From contig OZ024755.1 of assembly GCA_964016885.1 (NCBI GenBank), forward strand, positions 35,526,001 through 35,590,000: DNA of 64,000 nt. The letters run 5' to 3'. This DNA comes from Eledone cirrhosa. Its lineage: Eukaryota. The position numbers and the translations under genes were made by a program. Numbering within the stretch: position 1 is the stretch's first letter; every line of letters starts with the position of its first letter. Shown one piece after another: positions 28,234 to 39,659 of the stretch. Below the pieces are notes generated by a model. That model made no database searches, was not told where the DNA came from, and was given only the letters and a program-made list of their open reading frames with translations.

Positions 28234-28830
28234 GTATATACAGGTATACATATATATGTATACAGGTATATATATATATGTATACAGGTGTATATATATA
28301 TACCTGTATATACAGGTATACATATATATGTATACAGGTATATATATATATATATATATATATACAGGTATATATATATATATATATATATATACAGGTA
28401 TATATATATATGTATATACAGGTATATATATATATATGTATATACAGGTATGTATATATATATATATATACAGGTATGTATATATATATATATATATACA
28501 GGTATCTATATATATATATATATACAGGTATCTATATATATATATATATATACAGGTATATACATATATATATACATATATACAACACCATATGTATATA
28601 TATGCATATACAGGTATATATATATATATATGTATATACAGGTATATATATATATATATATATACAGGTATATATATATATGTATATACAGATATATATA
28701 TATATACAGGTATATATATATATGTATATACAGGTATATATATACAACACCATATATGTTTGTATATATATATACAACACCATACACACACACACACATA
28801 TATATATATACAACACCATATACACACATT
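28200..28830. repeat. (TA)n punctuated by CAGG
   Basis: Repeating tatacagg(ta)n. Confidence 0.95.
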
Positions 28831-29225
28831 GAGATACTACATCACACACACATACATACATAAAGATATTCATATACCAACCCTCACACACACACACAAA
28901 CACACACAAACATATTCATACACTATACAACACATACATGTATAATCATACACCACACACACACATATGACCATACACACTACACACACCTGTAAATATG
29001 CATATAATACAGCACACCGATACAAACATATACATACTACACTACACTACACTACACAGTAATCTAAGTGTATATATTTATGAACTCAAAGACATTCATA
29101 GACTGGGTTATAAGATATATTTCACAAGCATTTCCATACATGGATATAGTGTTGAAACATATCCGTGGGTATGCAGATATAATGAATATATATATACGAT
29201 ATTAAACAAATGGAAACTATATTTA

Positions 29226-29287
29226 TTTCACTATACATATTTCGGGGATACCATATTAAAAATATGGCATGCCTTCTTCAGATAAAA
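29226..29287 (-). ncRNA. Minimal type-I hammerhead ribozyme (left arm of palindrome)
   Basis: Reverse complement of 29405-29466: TTTTAT-CTGAAGA-aggcatgccatatttttaatatggtatcccc-GAAA-TATGTA-TA-GTGAAA. Confidence 0.75.
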
Positions 29288-29404
29288 TACAATATATAAA
29301 CAGTTTTATAAATAATTTTGACGTACCATAAATATTGAGCAACCTTTATGTAAGAAGCTGGTTTGGTACGTCAAAATTATTTATAAAACTGTTTATATAT
29401 TGTA

Positions 29405-29466
29405 TTTTATCTGAAGAAGGCATGCCATATTTTTAATATGGTATCCCCGAAATATGTATAGTGAAA
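29405..29466 (+). ncRNA. Minimal type-I hammerhead ribozyme (right arm of palindrome)
   Basis: TTTTAT-CTGAAGA-stem II (tgccatat/atatggta)-GAAA-TATGTA-TA-GTGAAA, with AATAAA overlapping the 3' strand of stem I. Same family as 45036-45096. Confidence 0.75.
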
Positions 29467-29592
29467 TAAATATGGTTTTATAAATATAGTTTCCATTTGT
29501 TTAATATCGTATATCTACTCCAAAACTTGTCGAGTGCTTTATATCAGTTATAAAATATTTACTTGTAACCCAACAATTTTAAATAAAACTTT

Positions 29593-29629
<37 letters not shown>

Positions 29630-29765
29630 AGTGTAATTTTCTACACAAAGCGAAGGTTATAGAGAAAATTGAGGTTGGTAATGGCACATGGAATATATAA
29701 GAGACAGAATACTTTTTTGTGAAAAAACATAATTTTATAAGGTAAGGAAATAATAAAGGGTATAA

Positions 29766-29813
29766 AAATTGACCGGTTTCGATGGGTCTGCAAAAGCCAT
29801 CTTTTCAAATGTT
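29766..29813 (-). ncRNA. Variant hammerhead-like motif (UUGAAAA core), left arm of palindrome
   Basis: Minus strand: aacat-TTGAAAA-gatgg-cttttgcagac-ccatc-GAAA-CCGG-TC-aattt. Confidence 0.5.
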
Positions 29814-29869
29814 GATTAATATTAAGAAAAATTAACTCTTCGTATTATTAATTTTTCTTAATATTAATC

Positions 29870-29917
29870 AACATTTGAAAAGATGGCTTTTGCAGACCCA
29901 TCGAAACCGGTCATTTT
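29870..29917 (+). ncRNA. Variant hammerhead-like motif (UUGAAAA core), right arm of palindrome
   Basis: aacat-TTGAAAA-GATGG..CCATC-GAAA-CCGG-TC-atttt. Stem II, palindromic stem III and GUC triplet are intact; the core differs from CUGANGA at two positions. Confidence 0.5.
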
Positions 29918-30320
29918 TTATACCCTTTATTATTTCCTTACCTTATAAAATTATGTTTTTTCACAAAAAAGTATTCTGTCTCTTATATATTCCATGTGCC
30001 ATTACCAACCTCAATTTTCTCTATATATATAGTATTTTCCGTAGTGTTGTAATATGAATATTATACACAGTAGATGGACAGCTCACGTAGGGTTTGCTCA
30101 ACGGTTCCTGTTGTAGTTTCAAAAGTAATCCGGAGAAAAATAGAAGCATTTAAATGGATACAGTTCAGTAAAAGGGATTTATTGACACGTGTTTCAATAA
30201 GTTATATAACCTGAAAACGGTTGCTATCTACAAAGTATTAGTTATGTTTTCAGGTTATATAACTGTTATTGAAACACATGTCAATAAATTCCTTTTACTG
30301 AACTGTATCCATTTAAATCC

Positions 30321-30364
<44 letters not shown>

Positions 30365-30396
30365 AGATCAAAAGATGGTTAAAAGAGTTCCATGTA

Positions 30397-30463
30397 TTTT
30401 ATTATGCGCATTTCAAAAACAACTATCATCATGCAATAACATTTGTGTTTTCATCAGATAAAA
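30397..30463 (-). ncRNA. Minimal type-I hammerhead ribozyme
   Basis: Minus strand: TTTTAT-CTGATGA-aaacacaaatgttattgcatgatgatagttgttttt-GAAA-TGCGCA-TA-ATAAAA. Perfect stem I and palindromic stem III. Confidence 0.8.
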
Positions 30464-30691
30464 TATGAGGACATGATATGAAGGTTAAAAACACTTGTGG
30501 ATAGTGCAGTTTTAAATCAACATATGAAAAGTAGTTTTAGATTGATGTGTGATATTGGGGAAAAATTTTATTTTATTTTTTGAGGCGGGGAGGTTGGAAA
30601 GGATGAAAAAGAGGAGGAGATGAGAGTAAAAAGTGGAGGGGGAGAAGTATATCTGCATTGCTTTATTGTACTACAATAAAACTCACCTCTT

Positions 30692-30737
<46 letters not shown>

Positions 30738-30908
30738 TCATATATATATATATATATATATTTTGAGTATATGTTGGTTGTATACCAACACCTCAGAATG
30801 CAGATTGGAGCACTCGACGAAGTGCGCAGGTTGGTTTGGTTACTCCGGAGTAATGTAAAATAAAATAAAATAAATAAGTCAAATGTTTAAAATTTGGCTT
30901 CGTTTATT

Positions 30909-30963
30909 ACTGCTATATATATTTCGGTGACAGTCATCTTTGGCTGTGACCACTTCAGGCAGT
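30909..30963 (-). ncRNA. Hammerhead ribozyme with a one-base core lesion
   Basis: Minus strand: ACTGC-CTGAAG(T)-ggtcacagccaaagatgactgtcacc-GAAA-TATATA-TA-GCAGT-AATAAA. A9 is missing or substituted. Confidence 0.65.
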
Positions 30964-31073
30964 CTGAATTAGTGTGGTATAGACAAGTACATATGTTGTT
31001 GAGGTGTATAATTTTGTCAATACTCTGATATCACCAGTTCCTGGTTGGGTTGTTATTTCACTCAGGAACTGGA

Positions 31074-31140
<67 letters not shown>

Positions 31141-31710
31141 AATTAGTATATCTACCAACATATGTATACAGATGCATACCTATGTTAGCAAATATATATG
31201 TTTTGTCTTAGTAACTTTGTGGTTCTATGCAAGGGGATGCAGAACAATTATATGAAAGACGTAAATAAGAAAGCTATGAAAATTGACTTACTTACTAAAA
31301 TTTATTTACGCCTTTCATATAATTGTTCTGCATCCCCTTGCATAGAACCACAAAGTTACTAAGACAAAACATATATATTTGCTAACATAGGTATGCATCT
31401 GTATACATATGTTGGTAGATATACTAATTCTTTATAATTATCTCCAAATTATTTGTTGAGCAAAACTTGCCGAAATTACTACTGTGATTAATAGTAGTGG
31501 CTAGGCCCTGTCTTAATAGCACCCCCATTCCTCACTGATTAACCTCAGTGTCACGTGATTGATTCTTTTGAATTTGCCACTTGACCAAGTAGGCAGTGAA
31601 TTTTTCAATGTCTTGGAATCTAGTCCCCGCTCGCTTTTTTCCATCCACTGAATTATTTTTATATAAGTTCCCAGTGTCCTCGCATTGCCTGGAAGCTTAG
31701 CTGAGAATAG

Positions 31711-31791
31711 ACTCCCTGATGACGTAAGGCTTCTCTGTGGATACGCTCCATAACCATATTTATCCCCTTACAGAAACTAATTAGTTGGAGT
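31711..31791 (+). ncRNA. Type-I hammerhead ribozyme with a long loop 2
   Basis: ACTCC-CTGATGA-cGTAAGG-(long loop)-CCTTACa-GAAA-CTAATTAG-TT-GGAGT. Perfect stem I, 8-nt palindromic stem III, GUU triplet; (TA)n begins at about 31843. Confidence 0.8.
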
Positions 31792-31838
31792 GAAATTTTA
31801 GTAAGTAAGTCAATTTTCATAACTTTCTTATTTACGTC

Positions 31839-31918
<80 letters not shown>

Positions 31919-32099
31919 AATAGCAAACCATGTCACTCTTCTTTCTTGATTTATTACTACTCCAAGTGTAAACTACATAGAAATCACCGTGCATCACTAT
32001 GGAAACGTCTTGTTGAGTCAAACTTAGCCAAGTGTTAGTACTATCCACTACTCGGAGTACCATAACTCGACTACCTATAACAATAATTTGTTATCCCAT

Positions 32100-32183
<84 letters not shown>

Positions 32184-32227
32184 CAGAATATTAATAAATG
32201 AAGACATTGACATAATCAAAATATATG

Positions 32228-32289
32228 TTTTATTATATATATTTCGAATGTACTGTGCTGTTTTTTCAGTACGTCCTCGTCAGATAAAA
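32228..32289 (-). ncRNA. Minimal type-I hammerhead ribozyme
   Basis: Minus strand: TTTTAT-CTGACGA-ggacGTACTG-aaaaaacagca-CAGTACattc-GAAA-TATATA-TA-ATAAAA. All core positions are canonical. Confidence 0.85.
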
Positions 32290-32437
32290 TACATGAATTG
32301 ATGTATGACATACCTCAACGGCCTTGGTGGTTCAATTCCAGTATTGGAATTGAACCATCAAGACCGATGAGGTATGTCATACATCAATTCATGTAACCAC
32401 TAAGCCATGTGCCTCCATTATTATATATATATAATAA

Positions 32438-32812
32438 TGGAGGCATTGGCCTTGCAATCGAAATGTTGTGAGTTCAATTTTCAGACCGGGTGATGTGTTG
32501 TTTCCTTGAGCAAGACACTTTATTTCCCATTGCTCCAGTTTACTCAGCTGTAGAAATGAGATGATAGGGACTGGGGTCCCTATCATTCTACTGCAAAGTG
32601 GTCGTGGAGGTGCCACGGCAAAAAAGCACCTAGCCCACACTGTAAAGTGGATGTGTAAGTGCCACGGAAAAAAAAAGCACCCAGCACTCACTGTAAATGA
32701 GGTTGGTGTTAGGAAGGGCATCCAGCTGTAGAAATCAAGCCAGAATCAGTTCCCGTCCCACCCTTGCAAGCAGGGAAAAGCAGATGTAAGATGATGATGA
32801 TGATGATGATGA
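32438..32812 (+). mobile_element. SINE family B with RTE-type tail
   Basis: B-box, CORE-like block, aggaagggcatcc and a (GAT)n tail; similar copy at 44080-44395 (-). Confidence 0.8.
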
Positions 32813-34936
32813 TATATATATATAATAATAGGTTAGAGTATCAAAAGAGAGGATAGAAAGAAGAGATATAAAGAGGTGCGATACAGAATATTAATTGCCT
32901 AAAGCAGATACATAGTGTGCTCAATGCTTGGGTTATCAGGGTTAAATATTAAAGAAAGTTAATATTTAGTGTAAAAGTTAAGCAGAGCTGGAATAAGCAA
33001 AAGAATGAAAGAGTTACAAGCCGTTAAAACATATCTTTATATAGCTCTTACACATGTTTCACCCAGGAGGGCTCATCGGAGGTAGATATTAATAAGCAAA
33101 GTCTTTAATTACAAACCCTGAGAGGGTATAATAAAATTACATCGCCATGCATAGTGATTTTAGATGCTATGGGTATAAATACGGTGAAAGGAGTATAATT
33201 CGCTAAGGGAGGTAATTACCGGTGCCCGTAGAAAGTTTACTGCATAACTTATGACCAGTACCAGCTATGGAAAAACATTTTTTTGTTTAAAAGGAATTAA
33301 CATATGTGGGGTTGGTCAACTCAGTATGAATGATGCCTGTTTAGGTGTGAATATGATAGACTGTTGGTAAAGTTGTTAAACACTGCACACAGGTATACCT
33401 AATGCAAGGGGGCACGTTGGGTGAATTTGAAGGCCTAGAAAAATAATGTCAAGTTGGATCGAGGTTGTATGTTCATATAATCAATTATCTATTCTATATA
33501 TATAGAAGAGCCACCTTCCCTACGTACAAAGTTTACCTACAGTCAGTAGGCACCATTTAACCAAATATACACCACAACCCACTACCCCTACTCCATCCTC
33601 CCACCAACACCACCCTTTCTCTATAAAGTTATGTTGGTACCACAACATCCAGTCCAAACTAAAGAGGTCGTCGAGGTGTCATGACAAAAAAAACACCCAG
33701 TCCACTCTGTAAAGGTGGTTGGTGTTAGGAAGGGCCTCCAGCCGTAGCAAACCTGCCAGATACAGTTCTATATGAGAGAGACACGGTCACCCAATCAATC
33801 TTGCCTCAAGTAGGACAAGTCCCATCTAACCTATGCTAGCATTGAAGATGAATGTTAAATGATGATGATGATGATGATGATGTATATATATAATCATTTT
33901 AAAAGGTATCTATATTTGAAGTTCTAGTTAAACTTTAATTAGTTACCTACCTAGCTGTGTATGCTTACACACTTTACAAATTATCCCCTGTGATGGTTTC
34001 ATGTGTTTATTTTATATATATATATATTATATATATATATATATTATATTATATTTTGAGAATAAACTCTCAGTCGTTTACAATAATTAAGCTCCAGGAA
34101 GGGGCTCTTCCGAGCAGTTAAATACATTTAAAGTATATGATAAACACGAAATGTGTTTACATTGCAACACTTTGTCTGTTGCAATGTAAACACATTTCGT
34201 GTTTATCATATACTTTAAATGTATATATATATATGTGTCAATCAATTTCTAGTTGATATATATATATATATATAGTGTGTGTGTGTAATGTATAACGTTT
34301 CATTACTGATAGTTCACCAGTTTGAGCATTCAATGGCAATATTTGGGAGCAGCTAGAAATGAGGGGATGTTTGGTCCTTCACCTTTATCAGTATCCCTAA
34401 GAAGCAGAGTGATAATAACTGTTTCTACTTTTGGCACAAGGCCAGCAATTACCCAGTGCATTACTGGTACTTTATTTTATCGACCCCGGGAGGATGAAAG
34501 GCAAAGTTAACGTCGGCGGGATTTGAACTCAGATCATACAGGGAGGTAACTCTATGCTTCAAAGCATGGCGTCCGACCCTCTACCGGTACTGCCAATCCA
34601 CCAAGCAGAGTGATAATAATAATACGATAATAGGGAGCAGGAACAAAGTATTAATATAATATCAATATATTTATTCAGACGCAGTGCATGTATCACAATT
34701 GATCATGTATCACACGTAGTGCATGTATCACATGTATCAGCAGTGATCAGGCCTGGCTCTGAAAGTCATAACTCTTCAGCCTTATTGATTCTCATGTGAA
34801 TATATGTATTGATATTATATTGATACTTTGTTCCTGTTCATTATTATTATTATAATATATATATCTATTTATATGTATATATATATATATATATATAATA
34901 TATAAGATCAAAAGATGGTTAAAAGAGTTCCATGTA

Positions 34937-35003
34937 TTTTATTATGCACATTTCAAAAACAAATATCATCATGCAATAACATTTGTGTTTTCATCAGATA
35001 AAA
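34937..35003 (-). ncRNA. Minimal type-I hammerhead ribozyme (second copy of the 30397 family)
   Basis: Nearly identical to 30397-30463; stem III reads TGTGCA (a CpG-type change from TGCGCA). Confidence 0.75.
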
Positions 35004-36018
35004 TAGGAAGACATGATATGAAGGTTAAAAACACTTGTGGATAGTGCAGTTTTAAATCAACATATGAAAAGTAGTTTTAGATTGATGTGTGATATTGGGG
35101 AAAATTTTTTTTAAGGGGTTGGGGGGGTTGGAAAGGATGAAAAAGAGGAGGAGATGAGAGTAAAAAGTGGAGGGGGAGGAGTATAATGAGGAAGGATGAA
35201 ATAGGAGGAGAGATGGGTGATAGAGAGAGAGAGATAGCTTTTATAACTGAGAAAAATATATTGTTTTACATAGAGAGGTTGAAAAACCGTTGGAAGATAA
35301 TGTATAAATTAAAAGAATTTGAAAATTAACGAAGAGAAAAATAATGTAAAGTTAAGGTTCGTATATTGAAGGGTTTAATAATATGAACGATGAAAAGAAA
35401 TTGTTAATATGTATTAAGAATAATATTTAAGGGTTTAATAATATGTGCGATGGAAAGAAAATGTTAATATGTATTATAAAAAAAAACAAAAGTAATGTAA
35501 GTAAGGATCTATTGTGAGCTGGAAAAACCGAGTGCAAAATGTTGTGCGTTTTGTGCTCGTGAACCAGACCTCCAAAATTTTTTAGAGGTGAAGTATTCTA
35601 ATTTTTCTGGGTACCTGTTGATAAGCACAGAAAATTTGAATATTTCACTTTTTATACTATCGTTGCGAAACTTGTTTGGATTTTGAAATTCGGATTTATC
35701 TGTGGAAAAGGTCTGGATTTTGAAATTTAAATTTGTCCAGGTACCACGGCTATTTGCCAATATGAGTTTGTGTTTATTGATTTATTATTTTAAATCGATA
35801 CAGGCAAACTATATTTATTTGAATTAGTTTATTTCATTCTAGCTAACTTCGTTTTTTACAATACAAACACTTACGTGTTTATCATATATTAATTTATATT
35901 AACTTGTATATATATATATATATGTATGTATGTAAAAGGTAAACAGAAATAACATCACAATCGGTACAGTATATGAAAGGAATATATTAGGTTAACACTT
36001 GAAATAGCAGGAAGGGGG

Positions 36019-36054
36019 TCTTAACGTTTCGGACACTAGTCCTTCATCAGAAGA
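36019..36054 (-). ncRNA. Ultra-minimal type-I hammerhead ribozyme
   Basis: Minus strand: TCTT-CTGATGA-aGGAC-tagt-GTCC-GAAA-CG-TT-AAGA, the compact layout typical of Penelope-associated hammerheads. Confidence 0.8.
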
Positions 36055-36624
36055 AAGAATGAGAAAACTAGGGTGTGAGATATATATATATACACACACA
36101 TACACATGTATATATGTGTACACACACACACACACACTCACTGGTATATCTGTGTATGATCCCCCATCTCTATTTTTACAGCTGTTTTCCCTGGTTGGAT
36201 GTGTTACCATGCTCTGACACTGGCCAGATGACCATGTCTTCTTTATATATTCCATTTGGGCACAATTCCTATTGTTGCTGTGTAGTATGTATATATTATG
36301 TACACACCACACATATACACACATATACACATATATGTGTGTATATGTGTGTATAACAACACATATTGTATGAATCGTTTCCAAAAGCAATAATTGTTTC
36401 TACTTTTGGCACAAGGCCAGCAAATATCCAGTACATTACTGGTACTTTATTTTATCGACCCCGTAAGGATGAAAGGCAAAGTTAACCTCGGCGGGATTTG
36501 AACTCAGACTGTAAAGGGACGTAACTATGCTAGAAAGCTTGGCGTCCGACCCTCTACCGATACTGCCAATCCACCGCCCTCAAGCAATAATACCGCCCAA
36601 AAGCAATAATACAGCTGTATATAT

Positions 36625-37218
36625 ATCATCATCATCATCATCATCATCAACGTTTAACGTCTGTGTTCCACGCTTGCATGGGTTTGGACGGGGGTATTCC
36701 CACTTGAGGCAAGAGTGATTGTCTTGCTCGCATAGGACTGTCTGGCAGGTTTTCTACAGTTGGATGCCCTTCCTAACACCAACCACATTTACAGTGTGGG
36801 TCTGGGAGGTTTTTACCGTGTTGCCTACACGGCCACATTACAGCGTGGACTGTGTGTTTTTTTTGTCGTGACACCTACACAACCTCATTTGTTTCGGCCT
36901 GGATGTTGTGGTACCAACATAACTTTACATTGAACGGGGTGGTGTGGATGGGGTGGGGGTGGTGGTGGTGGGACGGGGTGTATTTTGTTAGAGATGCCTA
37001 CTGGCAAGGCGGGTCTTCTCTGTTACTGAGTACCGCCAAAGGTCTCGGTCCAGTGACATTGTCTTGGAGAGGTGTAAGTGTGTGAGGTCGGAGTTTATCA
37101 GCTCGTCCCAGGTTTTTCTAGGTCTGCCTATTCCGTGGTTACTGTCTATCTTTATTGCCCTGCACTTTGTTAAACAGCTATCGACTTTCATGCGCATCAC
37201 GTGTCCATACCAACGTAG

Positions 37219-37220
<2 letters not shown>
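36625..37220 (-). mobile_element. RTE LINE 3' end (ORF end plus long 3' UTR)
   Basis: MRMKVDSC..KCRAIKIDSNHGIGRPRKTW...DRDLWR; further copies at 43525-44045 and 60835-61495. Confidence 0.85.
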
Positions 37221-37263
<43 letters not shown>

Positions 37264-37517
37264 TAAATATATATATATATATATATATATTCACACATCA
37301 TCATCATGACAATCATGCTCACACACACACATATATATATGTGTGTGTATATATATATATATAGATATAGATATAGAGAGAGAGAGGGTGAGATTGGAAA
37401 TAACACTGAAAATATATTTAAGGGTCTATTTTTTCTTTTTTTCCTTTCTTTGATTCGTCAAAGTGACATTATTGAAAAAATGAGAGGGTCAATTCTTTTA
37501 AAAAGTTTTATAATGTA

Positions 37518-38137
37518 CTAGCGGAATGGCCCAGCATTGATCGAGCTTCTAAACATAGATTGGCATGTTTATCCCTCCTTTTTGAAACAGTACAGAGAAG
37601 TACGGAATAGCTTGGCCTGGGGATGGTGTCTACATTTTGTGCTTATAAAAAACATTTGTCGTAGATTACCAGGGGTTTAACTTAATTGGGTGTCTGAGAG
37701 TAAAATGTTCAACCCACGAAAGCCAAGACGATAGGGTTAAGTAAAAAGGCATTCGACAAACAAAACATGTATTTGTTGTGCTATGTTATATCGGATGCCA
37801 AACGCTTCGGCGTTGCTATTGGGGTCACCATCAACAATTTCAAGGGATGTATGTTTAAGTAGTGATAATATAGTCTATAAAGAGAGGTAACTCTTTCAAA
37901 ATACTAAAGACTTGGAGACAAAATTGCAGACAAAAAGGGCTTAAGGTTTTAGTGAAAAAAACGCCTTTAACAACAGAAAATTGAAAAATAAAAGCTGCAG
38001 TTAATATCTTTAGACAGCAAGGAATATATAAATGCAAGTTTGAAGTCAATTGGAGTAGAAATGTGGATTTGTATAGACTTTGCCAAAAATTAGGACACAC
38101 ACACACAGAAAAGTACAGTTTTATATATATGTATAGA
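37518..38137 (-). mobile_element. Non-autonomous Helitron
   Basis: Minus strand begins A|TCTATACATATATATAAAA, then a (TG)n stretch, and ends with an imperfect GC-rich hairpin and CTAG|T; no TSD. Confidence 0.75.
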
Positions 38138-38151
38138 TATAAAATATTTAG

Positions 38152-38199
38152 AGTATCACCGGTTTCGATGTATTAGTAAAATTCATCTTATCAAATGCT
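38152..38199 (-). ncRNA. Variant hammerhead-like motif (UUGAUAA core)
   Basis: Minus strand: agcat-TTGATAA-GATG-aattttactaata-CATC-GAAA-CCGG-TG-atact. Related to the 29766/29870 variant; the GUG triplet is non-canonical. Confidence 0.4.
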
Positions 38200-38333
38200 G
38201 AGTATTACAATTAAAGAGAATTAATAAGAATTAAAAACTAGAAATTAAAGATTTAAAATTAAGTGTTGAAGTAAGTTTTTTCCTCTTCCTTGTTGAGAAG
38301 GAGACTAGAGAATGAACTCTTGTAGTAGCAGCA

Positions 38334-38370
<37 letters not shown>

Positions 38371-38541
38371 CAGCAGCAGCAGTGGTGGGTGTTTTTTTTT
38401 TTCGGATAGAACAAAACAATTTTGTTAAATTATGCAAACGAATCAAATATTATTCTTAATATTTGAAAAACTCGGATTAAATTTATTATATATATATATA
38501 AGTTTATCCTGGGTTCAATTGAGGATATATATATATGTATA

Positions 38542-38604
<63 letters not shown>

Positions 38605-39659
38605 TGAAGCTCACGGTGGAGATGACGAAGGACCGTGACAAGTGGAGAGATGCTGTACTGAATAAGACCCGTCCCACCCTTGCAAGCAGGGAAAAGTGGA
38701 TGTAAGATGATGATGATGATATATATATAGACACTGCATATACTTGAATATAAGCTGGTCAACCCCTATTTTATATCTGAGAAATGAACAAAGATCCAAA
38801 CCCTATTTATAAGCCAAGGCAAATAATCAACACATTCTGACGCCATTTTGAACTTCTCATGAGGGAAGAAAATATTTGCAAAGTTTTAATATTTTGATAT
38901 TTAAAATGTTTTAAGTATCGTTTAGAGAATAGTTTTTGTTTCACAAATCTCCTAAGTAATGACTTTTTTTTACCATTTCATCCATTTTATTAAGTTTAAA
39001 GTTTGTAGAATTTTTTGGCTACTCAAATGCTGGGAGTATTCTGCTTTGTAAGCAGACAACAGCGCTATCTCCCAAATGTAACAGATTTTTATCTTCAATA
39101 CACATCAAATGAAATGTTCACAGTTAAAAACTTGCGAACAATTTAACATTGTACAGGTATTAAAGCTTAAGGTCGATTTTTTACAGCAAGCGAGAAAGGG
39201 GGAGTAGAGGCCAAATGAGAAAAAGAGAGGGCAAGAGCGAAAGAAGAGAGAGAGAGATAGGGGGAAAAAGCGAGAGAAGGAAGGGAGAGAAAGCGAGTAA
39301 AATAAAACAAAACAAATTGAAAGAAAAAGTATAATTACGTAAGTCACAGAGAAAATAGTTGGTGCACATGCGTTTATGTTCGGGTGTGCATGCGTGTATG
39401 CGATTATGTGTTGGGGATATTTATGTATTAAAAAGTTCAAATAATAAAACTTTGTAGGAATGTTCTCAAAGCAATACATAAATAAAACTCATGACAATGT
39501 AGTAAATGTAGAAAAACAGTATTTCATTGTAAAATAATCACTCCATATATTTTAGCACCTTATTTATATAGAATTTAAAGTTGGGGAAAATCGTCAAAAT
39601 ATTGGCTCAAAATATAAGCCAGAACTCCATTTTTTGGTCATTCCTCGGCTTCTATTTGA

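Noticed and set aside
25533-28945. Long Cys/His/Tyr-rich ORFs (up to 509 aa)
   Set aside because: Open in several frames on both strands because the repeats lack stop codons.
33045-33082. Minus-strand CCGATGA-gccc..gggt-GAAA-CATGTG-TA (related copy at about 44517-44556)
   Set aside because: U4 is substituted in both copies, stem I is poor, and the second copy has GTAA. Probably a dead hammerhead family, so not counted.
34293-34325. Minus-strand CTGGTGA...GAAACGTT
   Set aside because: Core mutated and no stem I.
38838-38850. YY1-like CGCCATTTTG motif (also at about 50249)
   Set aside because: Isolated short motifs in repeat-like DNA, with no other promoter evidence.
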